Below, in pieces: positions 19,001-27,336 of a stretch of DNA of 64,000 nucleotides; position 1 is the stretch's first letter; each line of letters starts with the position of its first letter. The DNA is from Candidatus Omnitrophota bacterium (lineage in GTDB: Bacteria; Omnitrophota; Gorgyraeia; Zapsychrales; JANLHA01): NCBI GenBank assembly GCA_022711395.1, contig JAKLFA010000001.1, positions 131,277 to 195,276 on the forward strand, written 5' to 3'. The position numbers and the translations under genes are program-made. The notes beneath the pieces were generated by a model. That model searched no databases and was not told the DNA's origin. It was given only the letters and a program-made list of their open reading frames with translations.

Positions 19001-19224
19001 AGGAGATCGTCGACCGGTCCGGGCGTGCTCACCGGCTGGACAGGCTGATCGTTCAGGGCCATCGGGTCTGCGTCGTGGATTATAAAATGAGTTCTCTCCA
19101 AAAGGAAGAACACCTCCGGCAGGTCAAGGCCTATATGGACCTTGTGGGGCAGATGTTCCCGGGCCGCGCCGTTGAAGGCGTTATATTGTATCTGGATGGT
19201 TTTTCGAAAGTCGCTGTCCAGTAA
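16048..19224 (+). CDS. addA: AddA/RecB-like UvrD-family helicase with C-terminal PD-(D/E)XK nuclease
   Basis: Walker A ASAGSGKTFALAKRY, DEFQDTS, helicase motifs. C-terminal nuclease LIVQGHRVCVVDYKMS. Confidence 0.75.
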   Translation: MMDKTTLMIQSPELRVVEASAGSGKTFALAKRYVQLMLMGASADAQSIRQVLAITFTNKASFEMKARILDFLKRVALDLLPANQYEEILGALNMDRQAACQRARQVMEEIILNYNFFQVQTIDSFINALLSGCAFKIGLSARFKIRRDAFEYIRYSLDRTIDRAVSDPQVLGLFENFLRQYLFLENKTGWFPKKDIQGMLFALYQQSNTYAKDFALFPLSEDLLAMKARTFQKFKDLRAACPAEGLDKGFLKSFDKFLGKYHRGFDFDEVPEYFARPQFPMKAGHDIPKLLQDAWEDLFLSLRAVSEAEACASFNPYVEIFYKVLAEFKAVSRQDDVLFLEELNKKAHQLFEDEGITAGELYYRLATRFRHYLIDEFQDTSLLQWSNLYTLAQEALSTGGTVFYVGDKKQAIYGFRGGEVRLFDEVKGSFKEFNVREEILETNYRSLEAVVEFNNHIFSLQNLQRFVKEKEAFEEEKDKKDSVRFQEKDLERLSSLFAHSRQKTLPQKKGGRVRVRYVPGSSAAEREETVRQDLLQQVRQLRERYACHEIAVLTRDNQDVERVTAWLSAEGFPVESERTLNIKEHSVIRQLVSLLKFLNSPADNIAFASFILGDVFCLAAGVSREEMRDFIFSQRPFMRKDGTFYLYKAFSGQYPRLWQEHIEVYFKRAGFYPVYELAVSVIGGFKVFSNFEDQQGFVMQFLEMIKCFEREANDLMSFLDYYETNERENLFVNVGGSDSVRVMTVHKAKGLEFPVVLLPFFEMSVKVGQTSGSDLGQRAFIVDKNSDTLGLYRIKSKYLRFSRRLAAVRAGEYVDSFFSELNNAYVALTRAVEELFIWVPERAGSSINLAGFLIPEDLYDVGASGPRDGRVFEKGHDAGHAALSSPVYRDWISFLEEEFKDDGQGVRNRSQVRRGTIVHALLQNLGSAKGLDLEQWQKSVTPFLRGKFPSVADLSPYFMTVRELIAREDVAELFFVDEKEVFCEQEIVDRSGRAHRLDRLIVQGHRVCVVDYKMSSLQKEEHLRQVKAYMDLVGQMFPGRAVEGVILYLDGFSKVAVQ

Positions 19225-19244
19225 TCGTTTTAGAAGGACGTGTT

Positions 19245-22040
19245 ATGTCAGGTGTCGTGACTTACGGTTTTTGTGAGCCGTTCTTGGAGCGGCTTGCCGA
19301 TCATATCGAGCAGGAATATATCCGAAAAGGGAAAGACCTGCGCCGGGTGGCGGTCGTCTTCGGAGGCAAGCGGCCCGCTCTTTTTTTGAAGCGGGAGCTT
19401 GCCAGGCGAGTGGGCCGGCAGTATTTTCCTCCGCGGTTCTTTTCGATCGACGAGTTCATGGCCAGGATCGTCTTTCGGTCGGAACCGTTCGTTCCGTCCC
19501 AGGACATGGACATGGCCTACCGCGTTTACGGGATGGTCAAAGAGCACGCGCCGTCGCTGTTAAAAGGGCGGGAGGCGTTCGCGCAGTTTTTGCCCTGGGC
19601 GAATGAGATGCTTTCTTTTATTGAACAGTTGGACCTGGAGCTGGTCTCATCGGAACGTCTGCTCGGTGTTGAGCAGAACGCCGGGCTTGGATATGATGTG
19701 CCGTCCGATGTCAATCGGCTTTTGGAGAACATCGTCGTGCTCCGGGAAAAATTCCATGAAATGATGCTGAAGAGCGGTTCGTATTCCAGAGGGTTCCAGT
19801 ATTTCCGGGCCGCGCAGCTGGCCCGTGATTTTGAGGACCCGGATTTCGATGAAACGGTCTTCGCGAACTTTTTTTATCTCAACCGGGCCGAAGAGCGTGT
19901 CATCGTCGATCTTTATCAGCGGAAGAAAGCCTCTTTGGTCTTCCAGGGGGATGAGCGGCGCTGGCCGGTCTTTGAGCGCGTGTCGAAAAAGCTCGGGGTC
20001 CCGATCCGGGAAGGGGAGCGCCTTCAGGAGCCGGTTTTTGATCTGAGGCTCTATTCCGCCAATGACCACCATTCGCAGGTTTCGACGGTCCGGCACATTT
20101 TAGAGGGGATCAAGGACCTGGGTCGGACGGTGGTGGTTCTGCCGGATGCCGGAGGGATCATCCCGCTGGTTTCCGAGATCACGAGCGTGGCCGCGGATTT
20201 TAACATCTCGATGGGGTATCCCTTGAAGCGCAGCGCGGTCATTTCTTTGCTTGAAAAAGTTTTTGCCTGTCAGGAGTCCTTCGGCGAGCATGGCTATTAC
20301 GCGCCGGATTATCTCGGCGTCATGCGGCATCCCCTTGTCAAAAGCCTGGCGCTGGGAGCTTCGCCCGGAGCGGTCCGCCTCCTGGCCCATTCGATCGAAG
20401 AGGCCCTGGCCGGACGGATCGACACGGCGTTCTCAGGGAGCCTTTTTATAAAGTTCGAGGACCTTCACGGCTGTGATGGGCTTTTTGACCACGTCACGGC
20501 CGCCGCCCAAGCCGCGGGCGAGGAGGTCTCCCGTGAAGACGCCCGGGCCCTGTTCGAGCAGGTCCATGATCTGTGCTTCAGGCAATGGGAGAACGTCTGC
20601 CACTGCCTGTCCCTTTCAGAGGCGTTGTGCCGTTGGCTGGATTGTTTTGTCGAGGAGAGCGCTCTCAACGATTATCCTCTCAACACGCGTATCGCCTCCA
20701 GGATCTATGATTTTTCCGATGACCTTAAGGCCCTGAGCTTTGCCGGCGAGGTCTTTCCCAAACGCGACCTGTTTACGATCTTCGTGAGCTTTATTGAACG
20801 CGAGATCGTGGCCTTCCACGGCTCTCCTTTGAAGGGCCTGCAGGTTTTGGGCCTGTTCGAAACGCGTTCTTTGAACTTTGATCACGTGATCGTGATGGAT
20901 GCCAATGAAGGGGTCCTTCCCCGGCTGAACGTCTATGAGGCGCTGATCCCCCGTGACGTCATGGTCGGGCTGGGGCTCGACCGCATCGAGCAGGAGGAGG
21001 AGATCCAGCGTTACGGTTTTTTAAGGCTGATCTCATCCGCCAAAAGCGTCCATCTGGTCTTTCAGGAGAATCCGGAAAAAGAACGCAGCCGTTTTGTGGA
21101 AGAGCTGGTCTGGGAAAAACAAAAGAGGGACCAGGACCTGGCGGCGGTTGAGGTGTCGCGCCCGCGCTTTTCCGTGAAGCCCCGGACAGGGGAACGCGTT
21201 ATTTTTAAAACGCCGGCCATGGTCGATTTTCTGAAAGGCTGCCGGTTCTCAGCTTCGAGCGTGAACACCTATCTGCGCGACCCGATGGAATTCTTTTTCG
21301 CCTATGTGCTGGGCCTGCGCGAGCGGGAGGACCTTTTGAGCGAGCCGGAGAACAGGGAGGTGGGCGTCCTGGTCCACGAGGTCCTGGAAGAAGCGTTCCG
21401 GCCGATGATCGGGAAAGCGTTCATGGTGGATGAGAAATTCCGTAATCATGTTCAAAAAATATTCATAAGCCGTTATAATAATTCGTTCGGCAAGCGCCTG
21501 CGCGCGGACGCGTTTTTGCTTAAAGCCGTGATCGAAGAGCGGATCGGCCGGCTTCTGGATTTTGAGGCCGGGCGCCCTGTCGCGGAGGTCCTTCATGTCG
21601 AGAGTGAATTCACGGAAGATGTTGTTCTTCCTCACGCGACGGTGAAGTTCGTTTACCGTGTGGACAGGGTGGACCTGATGAGGGACGGGACGGTCATGGT
21701 GCTGGATTACAAGACGGGCGTAAGCGACATCCTTCCCCAAGGGGCGGAGGAGATCCGGCGGATGGAATTTACGAGAGACTCGATCGCCGAACACGTGAAG
21801 TCGTTCCAGCTTCCGTTGTATATGCATTATTTAAGCGGGCGTTTTCCCGGCAAGCCTTTGAACGCCGGTTTGTATAATATCCGCAAACCTGAGATCAAGA
21901 CATTTCTGAAAGCCGCCGGGGAAGGCGGGGTGGACGAATATTTGGAGCCGTATATGAAGGCGCTGGATTATATTATGGCTGAAATTTTTAATCCGGATAT
22001 TCCATTCATGGAAGGGGACACTAGGACGCCAGGATACTGA
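19245..22040 (+). CDS. addB: AddB-like subunit (degenerate helicase-like N-domain + PD-(D/E)XK nuclease)
   Basis: No intact Walker A (FGGKRP). C-terminal RVDRVDLMRDGTVMVLDYKTG nuclease motif. No Cys cluster seen, so no Fe-S domain apparent. Confidence 0.65.
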   Translation: MSGVVTYGFCEPFLERLADHIEQEYIRKGKDLRRVAVVFGGKRPALFLKRELARRVGRQYFPPRFFSIDEFMARIVFRSEPFVPSQDMDMAYRVYGMVKEHAPSLLKGREAFAQFLPWANEMLSFIEQLDLELVSSERLLGVEQNAGLGYDVPSDVNRLLENIVVLREKFHEMMLKSGSYSRGFQYFRAAQLARDFEDPDFDETVFANFFYLNRAEERVIVDLYQRKKASLVFQGDERRWPVFERVSKKLGVPIREGERLQEPVFDLRLYSANDHHSQVSTVRHILEGIKDLGRTVVVLPDAGGIIPLVSEITSVAADFNISMGYPLKRSAVISLLEKVFACQESFGEHGYYAPDYLGVMRHPLVKSLALGASPGAVRLLAHSIEEALAGRIDTAFSGSLFIKFEDLHGCDGLFDHVTAAAQAAGEEVSREDARALFEQVHDLCFRQWENVCHCLSLSEALCRWLDCFVEESALNDYPLNTRIASRIYDFSDDLKALSFAGEVFPKRDLFTIFVSFIEREIVAFHGSPLKGLQVLGLFETRSLNFDHVIVMDANEGVLPRLNVYEALIPRDVMVGLGLDRIEQEEEIQRYGFLRLISSAKSVHLVFQENPEKERSRFVEELVWEKQKRDQDLAAVEVSRPRFSVKPRTGERVIFKTPAMVDFLKGCRFSASSVNTYLRDPMEFFFAYVLGLREREDLLSEPENREVGVLVHEVLEEAFRPMIGKAFMVDEKFRNHVQKIFISRYNNSFGKRLRADAFLLKAVIEERIGRLLDFEAGRPVAEVLHVESEFTEDVVLPHATVKFVYRVDRVDLMRDGTVMVLDYKTGVSDILPQGAEEIRRMEFTRDSIAEHVKSFQLPLYMHYLSGRFPGKPLNAGLYNIRKPEIKTFLKAAGEGGVDEYLEPYMKALDYIMAEIFNPDIPFMEGDTRTPGY

Positions 22041-22069
22041 GGGACCATTGTTTTGAGAGGAGAATTTTT

Positions 22070-24166
22070 ATGAAAAAATTTATCCGCTGCGTGATTATTA
22101 TGATGGCGCTGTGCCTTGCCTCCGCCCCCGCGTGGGCCCTGCGCATTGTGCTCGAAGGAGGTCAGGTCATCGAGGGTGAGATCGTGGACTACACGGATGA
22201 GTATGTCAAGATCCAGCGTGGGGACCAAAGCGTTCTGAAGATCCGTTTCAGCAGCATGGGTCCGCTGAGCGCTGAGCGGTTAAGAAAATATATCAAGGAG
22301 CTGGAGGCCCAGAAACCTGTGCTGGCCCCGGACGAAGATCCTAATCAGATTTTCAGCCAGGCGGCGGCGTTGGCTAAGGAGGGGAAACTTGTTGAGGCGC
22401 TCAAGCTTTTTGACCGGGCGGTGTATCTGGACCCTCAGTCGGGAAAATTTTTGTTCTTCCGGGGCAATCTTTACGTCGAAATGAAGAATTTCCAAAAAGC
22501 CGTCGAAGATTACAAGGCCGCTATCGCGCTTCGGCCGGACAAGACCAACGTCTGGATCAAACTGGCGGAAACCTACATGCTGATGGAGCGGTTCGCTGAT
22601 GCGGTCTCCGCTTATGACCAAGTCCTGGACCTGACGCCCAATGACCTGAGCGTTGTGCTGGACCGCGCCAACGCGCATTGGAAGAACGGCAACCTGGGAG
22701 AGGCGGTTTATGATTACACCACGGTCCTTAAACGGGACAAATCCAACGGGTTCGCGTATGCTCGGCGCGCGAAGATGTATTATGATCAGAAGGAATACCG
22801 TTTAGCATGGAAAGATGTCTATAGCGCTCATGAAGCTGGCTTCCGTCCGCCGGACGCGTTCATCCAGAAATTGCAGGAAGTGATGCCTGACCCGTTCCGT
22901 GAAAAGACGCTGATCGAAAAGGTCCAGCAGGCGGGGGATTGGGTCGTCCAGACGGCCAGAAATTATTCGACGCTGTTCGCGGTGGCGGGGGCGTTCTTTG
23001 TCTTTGGCGTGGCGATGCTTTTGATCATGCTTTTAAAGACCTCCCATCCGAAGCTCCGCCATGCGGCGGAGACCGCTGAGCGTCTGGAGCGGGAAGAGAT
23101 CATGGAATCGGCGAAATCGGTCTTTGAGACCGGGGATTTCAAGCAGGCGTCCCTTGCCAAACGGGGGGCCGCGTTCTTGATCGACGCGGCGCTTTTGATC
23201 GCCGCCTCCTGCGGTATTGACTTTGTTTTGGGTTCAACGATGTTCTTTGTCTGGTTCGGGATCCTTTTTCTGCTCAGGGACCTTTGGGGGGCCAGAAGCC
23301 CGGGCAAGCGTATCGTCGGGCTGGTGGTCGTCAATGAATTCGGATACCGCGGCGCCTTTTGGGAAAACCTGGTGCGTAATTTTTTTCTGGCGTTCATTTC
23401 CTGCCTGTCGTTTTTGGTCTCCGCGGACCAGAACGTCCTTCGTTATGTCCACCGCAATATCGGCATCATCATCGTGGTCATATTTTTGTTGATCGAAGCC
23501 CTGTGCCTGCTGATGCGCAAGGACCGTTTTCGCGTCGGGGACATCATGGCGACCACCTGCGTCCATGACCGGCATCCGCGGCGCGGGTCCTGGATGTTCG
23601 CGCTGTTGAACATCGTCCTTTTGGCGGGGTTGGGGGCTGGCGCTTACTGGGGGTATCAGACCGGCCGGATCGAGCTGGCGATCAAGCCGTATTATACGAG
23701 CGATCAGTTCAAGATCTCGTTCCGCCTGCCATGGGGATGGGACCTGAAGGAGGACGCCGGAAGCATCATCCTTGAGAAAAAAGAACGAAGCGCTCTTCAG
23801 GGGTTCCCCGAGGCGACGATCATGATCTCGCGCGATGAGGACATGGCGCTGTTCTCGCTGGAGCAGGCGTTCGAGGCGTTCAAGAATTACGTGACGTCCA
23901 TGGGGCTTGCCGTCGTTCATGAAAAGGACGAAACGCTCCCCGGCGGGATGGCGGCCAAGATCTTTATCTCGGCGGACATGGCGACGCAGGACGCGATCGT
24001 CCTGGGGATATTGAAGCAGTTCGATTATGGGCCGCTCTATATTTTTCAATGCAACGTGAAGCTTCCCAAATTCAAGGACGTGGCCTCGGTCCCGTTCCTG
24101 AATATTGTTGAAAGTCTGAGGTTTTTGGAAGGCAAGCCGGCGGCCGCGGAAGCCGGGAAGAAATAG
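22070..24166 (+). CDS. TPR-repeat protein fused to membrane RDD-family domain
   Basis: Signal peptide, then TPRs (AAALAKEGKLVEALKLFDRAVYLDPQSG...). Later RDD-like AFLIDAALLIAASCGIDFVLG...LRDLWGARSPGKRIVGLVVV with TM helices. Confidence 0.6.
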   Translation: MKKFIRCVIIMMALCLASAPAWALRIVLEGGQVIEGEIVDYTDEYVKIQRGDQSVLKIRFSSMGPLSAERLRKYIKELEAQKPVLAPDEDPNQIFSQAAALAKEGKLVEALKLFDRAVYLDPQSGKFLFFRGNLYVEMKNFQKAVEDYKAAIALRPDKTNVWIKLAETYMLMERFADAVSAYDQVLDLTPNDLSVVLDRANAHWKNGNLGEAVYDYTTVLKRDKSNGFAYARRAKMYYDQKEYRLAWKDVYSAHEAGFRPPDAFIQKLQEVMPDPFREKTLIEKVQQAGDWVVQTARNYSTLFAVAGAFFVFGVAMLLIMLLKTSHPKLRHAAETAERLEREEIMESAKSVFETGDFKQASLAKRGAAFLIDAALLIAASCGIDFVLGSTMFFVWFGILFLLRDLWGARSPGKRIVGLVVVNEFGYRGAFWENLVRNFFLAFISCLSFLVSADQNVLRYVHRNIGIIIVVIFLLIEALCLLMRKDRFRVGDIMATTCVHDRHPRRGSWMFALLNIVLLAGLGAGAYWGYQTGRIELAIKPYYTSDQFKISFRLPWGWDLKEDAGSIILEKKERSALQGFPEATIMISRDEDMALFSLEQAFEAFKNYVTSMGLAVVHEKDETLPGGMAAKIFISADMATQDAIVLGILKQFDYGPLYIFQCNVKLPKFKDVASVPFLNIVESLRFLEGKPAAAEAGKK

Positions 24167-24177
24167 GAAAGGGCCGG

Positions 24178-24438
24178 ATGTCGCGTCTGAAACTTGACCT
24201 TCATGAGATCTTTAACCGCGGGCGCGATATTGATGACGCCTTGGACCGGCTGATCAAAGACGCGGTCGAAAAAAGGATCGATGTCGTTGAGATCATCCCC
24301 GGTAAAGGCAGCGGCCAGTTGAAAAAACACGTCTTGCGGTTTTTGGACCAAAAGCACATCAAAGCGCTCTACCACAGGGTGGACAAGGATTCCAAGAATT
24401 TCGGCAGGCTGTTCGTCCATTTCCGGCACAAATCTTAA
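24178..24438 (+). CDS. Smr (small MutS-related) domain protein
   Basis: LDLHEI...VVEIIPGKGSGQLKKHVLRFL is typical of Smr. Confidence 0.7.
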   Translation: MSRLKLDLHEIFNRGRDIDDALDRLIKDAVEKRIDVVEIIPGKGSGQLKKHVLRFLDQKHIKALYHRVDKDSKNFGRLFVHFRHKS

Positions 24439-24450
24439 AAGGAAACATCC

Positions 24451-26517
24451 GTGAAGAGGTTTTACGCGTTCATTTTGGTGGGTATTCTTTTCGCGGGGTG
24501 CGCTTCGGCCCGCGGCATCAGGCGTGAGGACCCTGGCCCGCAGGCGGAGGTGTGGTTCGCCCACTCGCTGGATGTCATGATCGATGAGGCCTACGTCGCC
24601 GGCAGCAGCCTGTATTTCCGGTATTCGGCGATCCACGCCGAGACCGATGAGCTGCGCGAGTTCTTCTGCCGGGCGCGCTGGAACAAAAAGGATTTCACCT
24701 CCCGCTACCGGGGGGTGTCAGCCAGGATCGAATTCATGGACGGGGACGCGTGGCGCGCGGAGCTTCCGGAAGGGCGGACGGCGGTCAGCTTTCTGTCAAG
24801 CCATGAGTGGAAGCTGATACGCTCGGCGGTGATCCATCAGATCGTGCCCGCGGAAAAAGAAAGCGCCGTGCTGGTAAGAAGCGGGCAGTTCGAAAGGGTC
24901 TTTTTTTATGATGAGCGGGGAGAGCTCAACGTGACGGACCTTCAGGGCAAGCCGGAAGGCGTCGCGCTGACGAGGACGTTCGGCCCTGAGGATATTGAAA
25001 AATTCTCCCTGATGGTCCTTCGTGAATACATTAAAAGGGGCGCGGGCCTGACCGACCGCGTCCTGGTCGGGCTTCTGGATGCCGTGGAATTCGGCAGCCC
25101 GTTCTCCTACATTGACCTGGAGCGGGGTGAGACCGTCATCCTGGATTTTCGCTCAAAGGAAGGGGCCCGTCACGCGGGGAACATTTATGAACAGGGGGTC
25201 AAGGCGACAGAATACGCCGTCGTCAGAAGCCATGTCTTCGGGCTGGCGGGCAGGCCGCTTTCTTACGCGTTTCGGCTCGTGAATTTTTCCAAAGACCTGG
25301 TCCACGACGCGCTGATGCTGCCGGCGGCGATGCTGCGGCCGAGCGCCGGGCGCGCTCCTGAAGCGGGGAGCGGCCAGCCGATGGACCTTGAGCGTTTTGA
25401 CGAGTATTTGCAGCGGCTGACCAAGCGCGACCCGTCGCTGGGGAGGCTGGAGTTTCTGGTCGGAGGGGAGCGCTTTTTTCCCCGGCTGATCGAACGCATC
25501 CAGGAGGCGCGGGAGTCGATCGATATCCGGCTCTTTATTTTTGATAATGACGATTACGCCGTTACGGTGGCGGACCTTTTAAAGAAAAAATCGCTTCAAG
25601 GGGTGCGCGTGCGCGTTCTGGTCGACAGCATCGGCCAGGTCATGGGCGAGGGCAGCATGCCGCCGGACCTGCCGGAGGGATTTGTCCCGCCGCGCTCGAT
25701 GGCGCGTTACCTTCAGGAGAATTCGAAGATCGAGGCGCGCGTCAGGCCCAGCGCGTGGTTTCAGACGGACCATACCAAGACCATCGTGATCGATCAAGAC
25801 GTCGGTTTTACCGGCGGAATGAACATCGGGCGGGAATACCGTTACGACTGGCACGACATGATGATGGAAGTCCGGGGGCCGGTCTTAAGTGAGCTGATCT
25901 ACGATTTTAAACAGGCGTGGGCGCACGCCGGGCCGTGGGGCGACCTCGGCCTCGCATTCGCGAAAAAATTCAAACGCCGCCCGAACATCGAAGGGGACGG
26001 GGTCCCGGTCCGCTTGCTGTATACCAAGGTCGGCAATCCTGAGCTTTACCGCGCGCAGCTGGAGGCGATCCGCAGGGCCGGGAAATACATCTGGATCAAC
26101 AACGCGTATTTTTCGGACAACACGCTCATCAACGAGCTGATCCGCGCCCGCGAGCGGGGAGTGGACGTTCGGGTGGTCCTGCCGTCTTCCGTTAATCACG
26201 GTATCATGAACAAGAACAACGCGGTGACGGCCAACCTGATGTTCAAAAACGGGATCAGGGTCTATTTTTATCCGGGGATGTCGCATATCAAGGCGGCCGT
26301 CTATGACGGATGGCTCTGCGCGGGGTCGGCCAATTTTGACAAGCTGAGCCTGCGGGACAACCTGGAACTGAACCTCGCCACCTCTGACCCTGAGACCGTG
26401 TCGCGCTTCGAACAGGAGTTGTTTCACAGGGATTTTGAAGCGTCGCTGCTCATGACCGAACCGATCGAAAGCGACATTTCCGATTTTGTGGCCAATATCG
26501 TAGCGCAGAGGCTGTAG
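24451..26517 (+). CDS. phospholipase D/cardiolipin-synthase-family lipoprotein (two HKD motifs) with ~330-aa N-terminal domain of unknown function
   Basis: Lipobox ILFAGCASA. HKD1 HTKTIVIDQDVGFTGGMNIG. HKD2 SHIKAAVYDGWLCAGSANFD. Confidence 0.75.
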   Translation: MKRFYAFILVGILFAGCASARGIRREDPGPQAEVWFAHSLDVMIDEAYVAGSSLYFRYSAIHAETDELREFFCRARWNKKDFTSRYRGVSARIEFMDGDAWRAELPEGRTAVSFLSSHEWKLIRSAVIHQIVPAEKESAVLVRSGQFERVFFYDERGELNVTDLQGKPEGVALTRTFGPEDIEKFSLMVLREYIKRGAGLTDRVLVGLLDAVEFGSPFSYIDLERGETVILDFRSKEGARHAGNIYEQGVKATEYAVVRSHVFGLAGRPLSYAFRLVNFSKDLVHDALMLPAAMLRPSAGRAPEAGSGQPMDLERFDEYLQRLTKRDPSLGRLEFLVGGERFFPRLIERIQEARESIDIRLFIFDNDDYAVTVADLLKKKSLQGVRVRVLVDSIGQVMGEGSMPPDLPEGFVPPRSMARYLQENSKIEARVRPSAWFQTDHTKTIVIDQDVGFTGGMNIGREYRYDWHDMMMEVRGPVLSELIYDFKQAWAHAGPWGDLGLAFAKKFKRRPNIEGDGVPVRLLYTKVGNPELYRAQLEAIRRAGKYIWINNAYFSDNTLINELIRARERGVDVRVVLPSSVNHGIMNKNNAVTANLMFKNGIRVYFYPGMSHIKAAVYDGWLCAGSANFDKLSLRDNLELNLATSDPETVSRFEQELFHRDFEASLLMTEPIESDISDFVANIVAQRL

Positions 26518-26537
26518 GGGAGTTATTAAGGGGTTTA

Positions 26538-26566
26538 AGCGGTTTTGTTGACAAAATTGCTGTGTT
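26538..26566 (+). promoter_or_regulatory. consensus sigma70 promoter TTGACA-N17-TAAAGT
   Basis: TTGACA 26538-43, 17-nt spacer, TAAAGT 26561-66. No ORF follows. Confidence 0.6.
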
Positions 26567-26573
26567 TTGCTAA

Positions 26574-26727
26574 AGTTTTAGGGTCGTTAATCCTGAAATT
26601 TTATGTTCTGTTAGAAAAATAAAGGGAGTGGTGAGTTCGAAGGAATAAATCCTCCACTATAAATAAGAAAAACCTTCGCGCGTCCGTGGCAGGAACAAAA
26701 GGCGGACTTTGCGCGAAGGTTTTTTTA
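26574..26727 (+). ncRNA. candidate ~155-nt small RNA of unknown family, bounded by promoter and strong terminator
   Basis: Transcript would start about 7 nt after the -10. Ends at a 10-bp GC-rich stem ACCTTCGCGC/GCGCGAAGGT (26672-81 / 26711-20) with an inner hairpin GTCCG..CGGAC, followed by TTTTTTT. Internal stem GGAGTGG..CCACT. No ORF longer than 6 codons. Confidence 0.35.
26672..26727 (+). terminator. Rho-independent terminator
   Basis: Perfect 10-bp stem plus 7-T run. Confidence 0.75.
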
Positions 26728-26762
26728 TTGTCCGAAAGATTTTATGTTTCAGTTATTAAAAA

Positions 26763-26864
26763 GTCGCCCCTCGCGTAGGGGCCTGCCTGCCGGTAGGCAG
26801 GCGTGAATTGAAACACGCAATCGACCAAAAAAGGTCACATCTTGGCAGGCGTGGATTGAAATCT
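26763..26864 (+). CRISPR. degenerate type I-C-like CRISPR repeat remnants (orphan, no cas genes in window)
   Basis: 26763-26814 is GTCGCCCCTCGCGTAGGGGC + CTGCCTGCCGGTAGGCAGGC + GTGAATTGAAAC. Removing the 20-nt palindromic insertion gives the 32-nt GTCGC-stem-GTGRATTGAAAC architecture of I-C repeats. A second partial copy GGCAGGCGTGGATTGAAATC lies at 26845-26864. Spacing is irregular (49 nt). Confidence 0.4.
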
Positions 26865-27025
26865 TGTAGTTGCCAGTCGTAAATATTTGACTGATTGATG
26901 GGATGGGATTCTGCGTCGGACTTTCCCTTGATTCTTTTCTGGTTTTGGGGTATGCTTTTTTCAGGTTGAAGAGCAGAAAGTCCCCTCACTGGTGAGGATT
27001 CCTATCCTGTATGGGCGTAAGCGGC

Positions 27026-27058
27026 GTCGCCCCAACCGCATCAACTTGAATGCTAAAC
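27026..27058 (+). repeat. possible third, highly degenerate repeat copy (GTCGCCCCAACCGCATCAACTTGAATGCTAAAC)
   Basis: Shares 5' GTCGCCCC and 3' TTGAAT..AAAC with the copies above. Confidence 0.2.
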
Positions 27059-27336
27059 GGTTCAAATTTTTTACGTCTTTATCAGATGTAAGAGCGGAAA
27101 TTTCGCTTGCCGCAGGCTCTCTTTTGAGATTGGCCAATGGAAGGGTAGCGACTTCCACATCTGAACTTTGCCCTATAAGGTCTGGAAGATTCTTATAGGG
27201 CATTTTTTGTACGAATATGTTTTTCTGCTTAAGCGGCCGATGCTACGCTCTGTTAACCCTCTTATTATCTTAATAAATAATAGTCTTTATAAATTCCAAA
27301 TTGACTCGCCGTGGCTTTTGTGTTACTGTATTCCCC

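Noticed and set aside
23234-24049. 271-aa minus-strand ORF inside TPR-RDD gene; also 24046..24636(-)
   Set aside because: Shadow ORFs with Arg/Pro-rich composition characteristic of the antisense of GC-rich genes.
26620-26650. GTTCGAAGG... resembling a tRNA T-arm (GGTTCGAATCC)
   Set aside because: No acceptor stem, anticodon arm or CCA context. Only a partial T-loop-like motif.
26966-26990. AGAAAGTCCCC resembling the RNase P RNA GGAAAGUCCGGGC conserved region
   Set aside because: Match breaks after GUCC. No P4 partner or other conserved RNase P regions in the 800-bp gap.
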